Below, piece by piece: positions 50,216-62,000 of a stretch of DNA of 64,000 nucleotides. The DNA lies in NCBI GenBank assembly GCA_030704615.1, contig CM060731.1, forward strand, positions 57,660,001 to 57,724,000. Direction: 5' to 3'. The notes below the pieces were generated by a model that made no database searches, was not told the DNA's origin, and saw only the letters and a program-made list of their open reading frames with translations. Each line of letters begins with the position of its first letter. Positions within the stretch are counted from its first letter, which is position 1. A program made the translations under genes and the position numbers. This DNA comes from Takakia lepidozioides (Eukaryota > Plantae > Bryophyta).

Positions 50216-53200
50216 TTCATCCGGATACTGCCACACAATAGGTGTGGTATCCAATGGTGACAACTGAGGTGGTCCTGGTGCAATACCCGCACTCTCCTCC
50301 TCTCCTGACGGTACAAAAGCCTCTACCCAGGCTTGTTGCACCCGTCGATCAGCAACCTGCTTCAAATCCTTGCTCGTACCCCACAATGGAGTGTGAGCAA
50401 CCATGGCAGGCAACTCCGCCATACCATGCATGTCATCATGCTCTGCTGGAGGTGGCACATCTTCTGCATGGGCATTGCCTTCCAGCAACTCTCCAAGCCA
50501 ACTAACTGCAGCTGTAAAGGCGGCTAGTGTTGGCATCTTGCCCCGTTGGGCAGCCGCAATACCCCCAATGAATGTCACAGGGAGCTGTGCACGATGACCA
50601 TCCCCTGACTGCCATCCAGGCCTGTAGAATGCTGACTCCTCCCAAAAGTCCAGGGTGAAGCCCATGGGGTATAACACTGCCCCACCAACGAGGACATCGT
50701 AAGAGACCGCGTCTGTCACAATGGCCTTGGCTCGCATTACTGAGCCATCGATAGGATGATCCGGCTGCAGTCTAATGGCCAACTGATGTCGTGTCATGCC
50801 CCGAGCCTGCTCTGATCCTCCCAGAGATGTCTGTATCTGGAAAGGACAAGGCTCCATATCCGCCTCCATGAGGCCCAAACCTGCAATAGCAGCTCTGCCC
50901 AACATCAGTGGCTGAGCTCCCGAGTCCAACAAGACCCACAGTGGCCGGTACTTCTTGCCTGCCGGTCCACTCAAAGAGAAAATGTCATTCTGGTTGTCTA
51001 ACAAGACAACTCCAGGTATCACCATGGCGCGCTCAAAGGCTGGCCTAGCTGACAGCTCCGTCAACCTGGCAGTTGCAGCTTGCCAGGGCGCAGCCGTGGC
51101 AGTCTTGACCCTCAAATCCGAGGATCCCTCTGCCACTATACCTTCCACTAACTCCGCAGAAGATGAAGTGACATCCCCACTCTCACAGAGTGTTGCTGCT
51201 AGTCTGAACACTGCAGCTGGTCTTACCCCCGGCGTCGCAATCATGGTTGCCGAGAACAGTGGGGCTTGACACATAGAGGTGGCTGCCCCCAATAACAGAC
51301 CGGCTGCACTACCTTTGGTAGCAGGTGTCAGTGCTGCACGTGTAGCTCTCCCCAATGGCATAGTAACCTCCGCTTCGGTAACAGTCGGGCGAGAACTAGG
51401 TGCCATGGATGGCGTCGACACTGTCTCCGCCAATGTAAATGACTGAGGAAGCCTCGCCTGACGGCTTGCCTCCCCACGCTATGGATCCAATTCCACCTGT
51501 GCACCTCGTGGCTCAGGAACTCGTGATGCTCCTCGAGTCACGGCTGCAGCAGACTCCACCTGCTCTAGTGGTAGTGCTGCTCCGCACATGAATCCCATGC
51601 CTCCCATATCTTCTCCCTCAGGAGCAGGAGGTGGACCATCCCGCCAGGGAGCCGGTACCGCCTGAGCTGTAGCCATGGCAGCGAGCCTCTGCTCTAGCTG
51701 CTGAAGCCGGTTGGCCATGCCTTGGTCAACACCCTGACCTCCGCGTCCTTGGCCATGTTGAGCTTGCCTTTGGCCTACACCTCGTGCCCGACCACCTCGT
51801 CCTCTCTGGGCTGGTCCACCTCGCCCCCGGCCACCATTGTTCCCTTGGAACTGGCCTGGGCGCAACTCAGGATGCAAGTCATAACACTGGGCATCTCCAT
51901 GCCCATACTTGCCACAATGCCCACATTGCAACTGTGCAGGCTGTATTTGTGCCGGCCTTTTGCCACTCTCTGGGCAATCTCTCTTGACATGAGGTCCTCC
52001 ACATGTCCAACATATCACCCCTGGTTGCTGTTGGCCTGCAAAAGATGCCACGGGCCTCTGCACCTGAGGTCCCATGTAAGCTCCATGGAACTTGGGTTAG
52101 GAAACCTTGCCCCCCTGACCACGCTGTTGGGCAGTCCCTTGTGCCTGTGGGCTGGCAGCTGCGCCTCGTGCAGGCATGTCCTTGCCAAATCCAATGGTAA
52201 CAACTCGCTCCTCCACCATGTTGAGCTCAATCCGCTCAGCCAACAGAAACACATCTGCTAATGTGGGTTGGGCTGCTTGTAACAGGGTTGCATCTCGCAC
52301 CCTTCTCTTGAGCTCCTTGTCCAAAATTCCATACCAAAACTGGATTGCCTGAGCTTCAGTAACCCCTTGGGTCACACTTATCAAGCGCCTCATACGAGTG
52401 TACGCCTCTCGCAGGCTCTCACTGGATTTGCGCTGGAAGTCCTGCAAACTTCGTAGCTTCTCTGTCCGTACACCTTGGTAGTTCCTCCGCAATTCCTGGA
52501 AGAACTCCACCACCGGGTTGAATCCAGGCATATGTGTTGTAGTCGTGGCAGAAGGAGTAATAGCACCTTTTGAACTAGTACCACCTGCAGAAGTACCAGC
52601 ACTACTTGTTCCACTACTAGTGCTGGCAGTGGGAGATATTGGTGCTGATGCAGCTACTGGTCGTGTTTTTCCTCGAGTAATGGAGACATAGTCAGGTGAC
52701 CAATACATCCTCCACTCCTCAATTTCTGCTTCATGTCCTCGCCTGAACTCGTGGTAATTGTCCATAGGCGGGCCTTCCAAATGCTGGAACAATCCCTTCC
52801 ACGCCATGAATGGGGTGAACAGCTGTGGATTGCGCATCTGCTGCAAATCACACCAACTGTCGAACTTCTGGATAAAGTCATCCAGCTCGATTGTGCCCAC
52901 AGCTCCAGAGTACCTACGAGGCCCCTTGGTAGCTCCATACATCTCCTCCATGTCGTCCCACAACAATGGCGAAGAAAACTGCACACTTATTGATGAAACC
53001 TCCGGGTCTGTGTCTGACTCTACAGTAGTTGAGGGTGGCGGTGAAGGTGGTCTGAACCGAATACCTCGTCTTGTGAACCCACTCTCACTGTTACTGCCTG
53101 TAGCCGTACTCCCCTCAAAACCCTTGGGTAACTCCGTGATGACACTCACAATGTGCACCTCCTCCACGTGACAAGGCTCTAGTACTAATCTAATAGTGAC

Positions 53201-53269
53201 ACGGGTGGGCACCTGTTGCAGTCTAAGGGTCATATCCCAATGGCTCAGGGCACCTGCACCTGCATCCAC
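50216..53269 (-). pseudogene. gag (two zinc knuckles) and protease of family-2 element
   Basis: ORFs 52097-53269, 51479-52075 and 49892-51433. CWTCGGPHVKRDC, CGHCGKYGHGDAQC, VLLDSGAQP. Confidence 0.9.
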
Positions 53270-54839
53270 CGCAAGAACTCCTATGGTTGGCTGGTCATCA
53301 ACCCAGCCTCACCATAGAAGAAACACTGGTGGTCTTGCTGGTCATCACTCCAGCCTCACCACCGACAGCATACTCTAGGATTGACCGGTGATAAAATCCG
53401 GCCTAATCCCTATGAAAGCAAGTGCCCACACAAAACCAACATGGCGCACAGTCAAACATGCAGGTGTTGGGGGGGATCCAAACACAAGAAATCAAAACAT
53501 CAACACCCCCACACCAAAATCCAGCTGCAATGCTGATCCTGCAGAAATAGCCCAGCCCAAAACCCCGGACTGACTGGCATCCACCAAGAGAGGCTTTGGC
53601 AACTACAAGTACAAGGTAATGAAACTAGTACAAAGATGGAGGGGAAGAATAGAAGCCTGACCAAGCAAGATCTAATCCTGATCTATGCTATCAACTGCCA
53701 GACTTCTCTCAAAGTGCCTCGCTCTGCATGATGGTAAGGTGTAGGAGGTATATCTATGTCCAGAAACTTGCCACTAACCTTGTCCCAAGCTACAGTAGCT
53801 CGCTCTAACCAACCCTCCTCCTCTTTCTGCCAAGTAGAGACAAAGCAATACTCCCCTATCTCCCGCTCACTAAACACTAAAGAAAACAAAGGTAGGGTCT
53901 GATAGTCTCTCAACTCAAAAGCTTTGAGACGGTTGCGGGTGTCCTCATTGCGAATGATTGCATCTCCTTCAAACAGAACAAACTTGTCCTCGCTAATGAA
54001 CCCCCGCTCGTGGTTGCTTTGTGCAGAGCGTGTCCGGTTGCAACGCTGTCTGATTGCACAAACTTGTGTAGCTCCTGTTCCTCTACTCCAGTACACCACG
54101 GCCTTGTGGCTGAACACCTTGGTCCCCGGGGCTGTCTTTGGCTATGTTCCAAGCCTAGCTTTCACCCACTTTGGTATTTCATCTACAGCTGCACAACTGC
54201 TAGCTCCAACAGAGTTCTGACTGTCCAAAGCAATATTGAGGCCCTCAACGCCAACTACAGCAGTTTGTTGTCCACTGCTAATGCCTGACTCCTAGTATGC
54301 AATCAACTCGTCCAACGTTTCTCCACTCAAATCAGTCTGAGTTCCTTGGGAAACATAAATCCTGTCCCCTTGTGTGCACAGGCTAAGAGAAGAGACCTGC
54401 CCTTCAATTACGTCCTCATTTCCCCCAACCATACAAGGAGTACATCCACAAATTTGTCTCTCATATAGACCAGCACAGGTTCTAGAAACAGAATTGTGGA
54501 TCTTTCATGGCACACTCACACTCTAAAAATTCCATAGATTTTTAGCAGAGAGTCCTAAAAACAAAAACCAGGTCTAGATTGGTAGATTTCCCCTTTCTGC
54601 AGCTATCCCCTCAAAAACTGAGTCAAACAGAGCCCATTTGACAAAGATATGACCAATTTGGCTCTAAATCATTCAAATTAGATCAAAGGCCCATTTTTTA
54701 TTTTTTTTAAGGTTTTCAAATTTAAAAATTTAAAGTTGCACCCAAAATATCTGGTAACTGGTTCCCGGTTCCCTAAGTTCTATATGGTTTCCTAGGTTCC
54801 CTGGCCACGTGCGTGCTGTTCCCCTCCGTTTCATTTGAG

Positions 54840-54930
54840 TTCAACAGCGTTGTGAGATCCGAAACTTCAAGTAGAGTGAGGCTGGAAATTTCATCAACTA
54901 GCCTGTGAATCTTCTCCGATGGCGGGGGCA
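54840..54930 (-). pseudogene. Fragment of organellar ribosomal protein L7/L12 N-terminal domain
   Basis: 'PPSEKIHRLVDEISSLTLLEVSDLTTLL' resembles the L12 dimerisation segment. Confidence 0.65.
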
Positions 54931-55309
54931 TCTGAGCTCTGGCGATGGCGGATCTGCTCCTGCGCTCTTGCTCCTCTTCCTCGAACTGGGCCTGCACGCT
55001 GCGGCTGAGGATGGAGCCTGCAACAGTGAGCGGCAGCAGGACGAGGCAAGAACTGACTCATAGCAGGGAGCTCCCCTGCTCTGCAATGGGCCCCGTCTTC
55101 TTTGCCTCCTGTGGCTGTAACATTTTTTTCCCCCATCTGCCCCACAAATTCACTGCTGTTCCTTTACTTCTGACCTTTTATCACTCCAGTGGGACAGAGT
55201 ACAAACACAGCACCAGTGCCATATTCTGTTTAGGGAGAGGCCTACAGTAGCAGTCCTGAACTCAAAACTCCACTTTATTTCCCACCTTGCCAGCCCTTGC
55301 AGGAACATC

Positions 55310-55970
55310 CAATCAACTGTCGTTCAATCTCTGATGATGTGGTGTACTCATTTGCCAACATATCCATATGGCCTGAATTAAGCTGAAAAAGAAGCTTTTC
55401 ATCATCAGTTTGTGCAAAGATAGACTGCAGGGTGAGCACAGTAACAGGAATTCCAGTCGATGAATCCCTTTCCTCGTTCATGTGTACCTTATAACCAAAT
55501 AAAAGATAGCAGGCCTCCCTGAAAATTGAGATCTTGTCTGCAAGACTTGCCGGTACCGAGCTTAACGCTTCTCAAGTGATGTCACCCGCTGAGTGAGCTC
55601 GGCAACTTCCATGGCCTGAACGTTGCCACTCCCCTTGGCAGACCCCAAGTCTCTTGCACTCCCATCGCCCAGGCTATTGCGGCCTCGCTCCAGTGTATCG
55701 AGCTTCTCACGCAGTGCTTCCACTTCAGCTTGCAATGCTTCCTGTCGGTCTTCTCTGTGGGCCTCTGCTTCAGGATTGTTGATCAAATGCAGCACCTTGG
55801 TTGTTGACCGGTCATATTCACCGTGTCCTAGCTTGGACTCCAAGACTGCAACCTCCTGCCTGACGCATTGCTGCTTCTTGCAATGGCCTCTTCCAAATGA
55901 ATTGCATTATATTGAGCCTCTGTGAGAACCACTTGCAATTCCTTGATGCGCTTATCCTTGGCCTTCTCCG
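55310..55970 (-). pseudogene. MAD1: Intronless fragment of spindle checkpoint protein MAD1 C-terminus
   Basis: LESKLGHGEY..TTKVLH, then RYRQV(F)ADKISIFREACYLLFGYK and GIPVTVLTLQSIFAQTDDEKL. Contains a stop and frameshifts. Confidence 0.85.
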
Positions 55971-56016
55971 GCATAGCCAGTGAGGAAGATGTCGCGAGGA
56001 GATGGGCTGTTTGAAC

Positions 56017-56675
56017 CAGTGTTGGGCGGTTCTTGCCTTTGTGAAGGAACCTTCGGTTCCGGTTCCACAAATTTTTGAAGAGACGGTTCCGGATCCGGAT
56101 CCGGTTATTTTTTATTAAGGCGGTTCCGGTCCGGTTCAGGTTCCGACTTTTTAACATGGGGGCGGTTCCGGTTACCGGTTAGTTGCTGGAAAAAAAACAC
56201 CGGTTCCCGGTTAGGTTCCGGTTCTTTTTTAAAAATATATTAAATTCTTTTAATTTTTTATTCTTCTGGAAAATTAGATGAACTGATCTGATTGGTCATA
56301 CTGAGAATTTTCAACTAAAACCAGGGAATTTATTAGTAAAACAGAAGTAAATAAACTTATATGTTTTTTGTGATTGTCTTTAATGGTATATATAACTAGT
56401 TATATACGCATGGTCTCCATTAAAAACGTAGGGCACTTAGGGCTACAGCCCAGGGGTGGACCGGAACCGCTTTGGAGCTGGAACCGCCGGTTCCCACACA
56501 TGTGGTCGTAGCTGGAACCGCCGGTTCCGGTTCCCACACAATCCCCAATGAGCAGTTCCGGTTCCGGTTCCGGTTCTGGTTCTGCACAGGCGGGTCCGGT
56601 TCCGGTCCGGTTCCACATAACCGGAACCGGAACCGGCGGTTACCCGGGGCCCAGGCGGGTAACCGCCCAACACTG
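56017..56675. mobile_element. Non-autonomous hAT element (MITE)
   Basis: 15-bp TIR CAGTGTTGGGCGGTT, 8-bp TSD GTTTGAAC (56009-56016, 56676-56683) and dense GGTTCC/GGAACC repeats. Confidence 0.95.
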
Positions 56676-57563
56676 GTTTGAACTCTCCAGGGTTTTGTGA
56701 GGGCGCGAATCGGGCCTACAACATACAGATGTGACTTTTAACTCCCAAAATGTATGGGCCTGAGCAGCTCTCCAGCTATCCATTTCACTCCAGGCACTTT
56801 GTATTCATCCTAGGGACGTTGTGGTAGTGCAGATATCAGCGTTCACAGCTTGCCAGCACTGCTCCATGCTGCACGGTAGAGCTTCTCTATAAGCTTACTG
56901 GGGAAACAATCATCCAGCTTCAAGGATCACACATAGGTGCCAACTAGCATTTGTTGCTGCATTTTTAAGTCTCTCCTTGTGTGCTCCAAAGCCTCTGGTG
57001 ACTTGGTAGCTTCAGCGACTGCAATAACAGTGGCGGCTCCGGCATCGTCATCCTCCAGGCGTTTCAGGGCACGCTGAATCTTGTGGTCACATTCAATGAT
57101 ATGCTTCTCAAACTAAGCACTACTTACACACAGGTAATCTTGCAAGTGCTAACCCTCAACTCCTACCTTGCACTCACAGGTAAGATATCATCTCTCTCGA
57201 GTGATAAACAAAAGCTAAAAGGACACACACTCTCAACACAAGAAATATGAAATCCATCGCTATCACTCTTTAAAATAGAAGTCGAGCCAGGGGCACCCCA
57301 AGCTATGGGGACTCCACCCCACAACAACCTACACTCCCATCATAAGCACACTCAGATCTAAACGCATGAAGGAGCTCGGTCGCGCAGGCTCAACTCGAGA
57401 GAGATGAGCTGCGCGACTGCCGCTCTCGTGAAGATAAGACGGTTCAGGTGTCAAACTAAACTTGACACCTGACTTAACACTTGACCTAAATCCAAGTATT
57501 AAGTACAAATAACTAGCTTTATTCTAGTTGTTTTCACACTGTGCTTATTTAACTTGACAATGG

Positions 57564-59050
57564 ACAACATGAGAAGAAGAAAAAACAACGAGGTTCTTAT
57601 ACTAATTGGTTTGATCCTGAACTTTGGCCTCCCATAGCTGCTGCAATGAAACAACATCGTTCAGTAAGTGGGGCCTTGCATTATCTCAGAGCATATCACA
57701 AGAAGCCAGGGCAGACAAGTAGTCCTTATGATAAGCTTACTTGTGGGTCCTTGTATGAATGTTTCACAACTACATGAGATCTAAAGCCCAAGTTCCAGTT
57801 TGCTATTGATAGAGGTACTGCATCAGTAAAAAAAAAGACCCATTTTCAAGCCTTAGAGAAGCACCCAGATCTGATAGATGAGTTTACTACTTTACTCAAA
57901 AGAATGAGAATAGCAGGACAAGCATTATCTGCTCATATTGTGCATCCCATCATTCATGGCTTTTTAGAGGTTCGAGCTTCAGATCTACTTGTGGACAATG
58001 GAACAAAGGGTGGCTTCAAAGTTACACTGAGGTGGACAAGGCTATTCCTTAGATCCTACTTGAACTGGACCTATCGACGTAGTACTTCTAGTGCAGACAA
58101 ACTACCAAAGGACTGACAACAGCAATGAACAAAAATGACACAGCGAGTGGTCTACTTGGTAAAGACATACAACATCCCAACATCTCTTGTAGTGAATTCC
58201 GACCAGACATGAATCCATCTAGTACCAACAGGTGGTGAGCGCACTTGGGAAACTAAATGAGCTAGACGGGTTCATGTACTTGGCTAAGATGACAAAATGC
58301 AGATTACAGTAATTGTATCATCATTTGCCAATGAGATTTTGTTACCACTACAACTCATCTTTCAAAGAACCACTGACCGGACTTTACCACCCTGACGGAG
58401 TAAACAATGTGTAGCAGTAGGTTTTCATCTCACGTACACCTGCAACCATTGATCATCACTAGAGACATGCATTCAATTTGTAGATCGTGTCTTTCTACCT
58501 TACAGACAAGAACAACTTAAGATCTTGGGTCTACCAAACACTCAAAAGCTACTGTGGCTCATAGATTGCTGGTCTGTCCACAGAAGTGAGGAGTTCTTAT
58601 ATCTAATGGAGTCAAAATACCCACAAATCTTGCTAATTTTCATCCCTGCAAACTGTACTGCTAAGCTTTAACCTGTAGATGTGATTCTACAGAAGCCATT
58701 CAAAACTGCTTTCAGGGCGCAGTATAACAACCGGTCAAGTTTAAACATCAAAAATCAGGTTTTGGCTAAAGTTACTCCTATGACATTAGATCTAAAGATG
58801 TCAACTTTGAAACCTGAAATGTGCTCTTGGTTGTTTCAGTCATGGTCACTAGTGAGAACTAAACAAGATATGATTGAAAGAGGTTGGGGAAAGACAGCTG
58901 ACATTTTGAGAGCATTTGACATGGCCTTCCAAGTCGCTGCCATAGAGGCAAATGCAACTTCATCTTTATTTATTACAGATCAGAATGATCAACAAGTGGA
59001 ACAAAATGAAGATTGCAACAAAGATGACGATCCAGAGAAGTCAGTAGGCG
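57564..59050 (+). pseudogene. pogo-like (DDE_1-type) transposase remnant
   Basis: 'LVVNSDQT', 'LPLQLIF', 'LIDCWSVH' and 'IPANCTAKL*PVDVILQKPFK'. Many stops. Confidence 0.85.
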
Positions 59051-62000
59051 ATGCAAAGTTGTCTTTAATCTGGAGGGTCACCTTCCCTTTCACCTTCTCC
59101 AGTAACATCTGCCATTCGCATGATGAACCTGGGGCAATTAGTTAGAATGAGATCTCAAACTCGCAAGTGATGGGTTTAGCTACTTACATGATAGGTCAGG
59201 TTGAATCCATGAAGTGAGAGCAACTTAGACATAGACATTGAACTTTAAAGATGGCGTGCTTGGCACCATGGCTTACCTACAAGCCTAGTAGAGGCTTGAC
59301 ATAGTTTGCTCATCTTGATTCATTTTGTATCTCGTTCAATGACTAGATGCTAATCCTAATCTTGCTAAGGCTGATTATATACGAGATATAGATCTACATA
59401 TTACCAATAAATCATATTGTCGTTCTGTGTTGCAAAGAAGTTTGAAGGATGCTCTCAACTATTCACCGCTGCAGGTACCACAACAAATCTGAAGTCTAAA
59501 AAGTCACGGTGACCTTTTGTATCTTGTTGAATTGACCAAAACCAAACGAAACAAAGCACTGCTTGGTATTGTATTTGTGTCCAACTGCCTATTGTATTTT
59601 GAGATTTCAGCGGTTTCATTCATTTTTTTGATATACTTTCGGCATGGGTAACGCGAAATTATTTCTGGCTTCGACATTGAGGTCATTACTTTGATGAATA
59701 TTCAGATATACAAAATTTGAAGTAATAAACGCCGGACATCGAAGGACCCTACGGTACCTGACACGGGCAATATTCATATTCCCCCATATGAGATGGAAAA
59801 AAACAAATATTGATATCCTATTGCTATACATCCACAAATTTACGTTACTGATACCCCTCCTATACCTTATCCGGGCCCTTATCCCAATACCAGGACCATA
59901 CTCAGTCTTGGGAAACGTGGGCCCTTGTGATACTAGAACTAGTTTGGTATCATATTTTGGTGATACCAGTCCAACATTGGTATATACAAAAGTATTAAAA
60001 TAAACCTCTAACTCTTTCATCAAATTCCAATCTCTGAATTACATTACATTGTTGCCCATTTTGTTCATTCATGTAGCACACATTCTTTGTAACTAAACAA
60101 ACATCGACCAACTTCATTTTAGTATATCGATTTAAATTTTTCACACATGGGCCTCAACATATGAGATGCAATTGCATACACAGCGGATTGCACAATTCTT
60201 CACACATGGGTCTCAACATAGGCGACACATATGGATACATAGGGGATTCTCGATGAGGAGGGGTGCACTGACTTGGTCTCATAACGTTTGGACCTGCGGT
60301 GTGGGAGATATGGAATTTCAAGTACTTTTGGTCGCTGGAAATTCGTGAAAAGTAGCAACTTGGGCCTTGACATAGGAGGTTACATTTTATTTCAAGTGTT
60401 TTTTTTCAATTCTTCACACATGGGCCAATGGCACATGCTACCCTAGAGGTCGCACTTGGGCCTCGACATAGGAGATTGCACTTTATTTCAAGTGTTTTTT
60501 TCAATTTTTCACACATGAGCCTCGACATAGGAGACGAACTTGGATACATAGGAGATTTAGATGACACTTGGGCAGGGCTTGGGCCAACGGCACAAGCTAC
60601 CTTAGTCATAGTTGAAGAAACTCTACATTTTTCGGACCAATACTTATCATACGTAAGTATAATTGTCGATTATATTTGTTTTGTTTGGTTTTGTTTGGTT
60701 TTTTTTGTGGTTGCTTTTCGAGACTGAAAGACATATTTCTCGTCATAGTGGAAGAAGAAAATCTATATGTTTTGGACCAATACTTTTCACAAATCAGTAA
60801 GAATTTTTTTTGTTGGCCCTGCCCTCAGGCAAAGACTACGCAATTGGTTTCTACCGAGTGCTATAGGACCAGCTTTTCACGGGACCAATGTTTTTGTTGG
60901 ATGATTGTCATCCATTGTCACATATCTGGTTTTTAATGCTACTGGAAGTTATGGCGGAAGCACGGGCGGTTGATAGAATTTACAGTGAAGAAGATTGTGA
61001 AGATAGTGGAGGTGACAAAGACACGGCCATGGTTGTTTGGCAGGTCTGTGATCACTGATTGCAGTGCCAATGTGAATGCCATAGCTGGACCTCTAAGCCA
61101 TGCACTAAATTTAATCCACATACACATTAGAAGAATCAAGCTGTCACCCTGGTACACAATGCTATGAAGGATCTGGACCTCCACAATAGCTTCCCGTGTA
61201 AAAGACTATGTTGATGGTCTAGTAAGTCATCACTGAAGATTCGAAATGCTCTTATTTCACCCCAGATTTCGATTGCCCAAAGGTATCCATTTACACAGGA
61301 GCCAAATGGACTGCCCTTTTGAGTGCATTGTTCTTATCTTTTCAAGTCAGATGGCAATCACCGCTATACCAGAGAGCATGCTGGTGATTGAAGGGGATGT
61401 GTCTGGAGTCTGGACTCTTCTTGGACGCAGTTGAGAAGTATTGCACATGGATACACATTAGCCAACCTGCCTAAAAATAACTTGTTAGGGATGCAATGAG
61501 GATAAAGAAATATTGACCAATATAAGTTGGAAGTAATTCCCAGAGATATTTAGCTCAATGTAAGACAGAATACAACCTGATTTCCTTAATTTCAACGATG
61601 CAAGAGATATGATGATTAGAAAAAAGTTGGCCTTTCCTTCAGCAGGATACGAAGAAGTACAAAGAGCTTAAAATAAGCGGCAGTCTCTAAAAGAACGTCC
61701 AAAACAAGAAGAAACCAAAAAGATTTAGAAGCAGCAGAACTTGGAAGCTACTTCTTTCTCAAAAAGATGCAGAGAGGAAAGGGAGATTGTCAATGCCCAA
61801 CGTGAGGGTGGGTTGAAGACAATATCTCAGAACAAAGCTCCATTTCTATCGAGAAACATTCTTGGTTCTCCAAGATGATAGAATCTTGCGACCCAATTAC
61901 CTTTCGGCACCTTTATCTGGACCTTCCCTCCTGAGGGCATTGGGGTGGTTCAAGGTGGGCTCCCACAATCTATGTGCAATCTACGGATAGAAGACTGGTA

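Larger units (their letters stand above)
38718..57559 (-). mobile_element. Split-direct-repeat Gypsy retrotransposon, family 2, near full length (gag-PR-DNMT-RT-RH-IN-PHD), with nested insertions
   Basis: A1 57559-57202, PPT 39241-39231, B1 39230-39146, GC, A2 39143-38793, B2 38792-38718. Perfect TSD ATGG at 38714-38717 and 57560-57563. Confidence 0.95.

Noticed and set aside
51479-51481. Programmed gag-pol stop readthrough
   Set aside because: This in-frame TAG could equally be a C-to-T decay mutation, since the copy has several other lesions. It cannot be decided from one copy.
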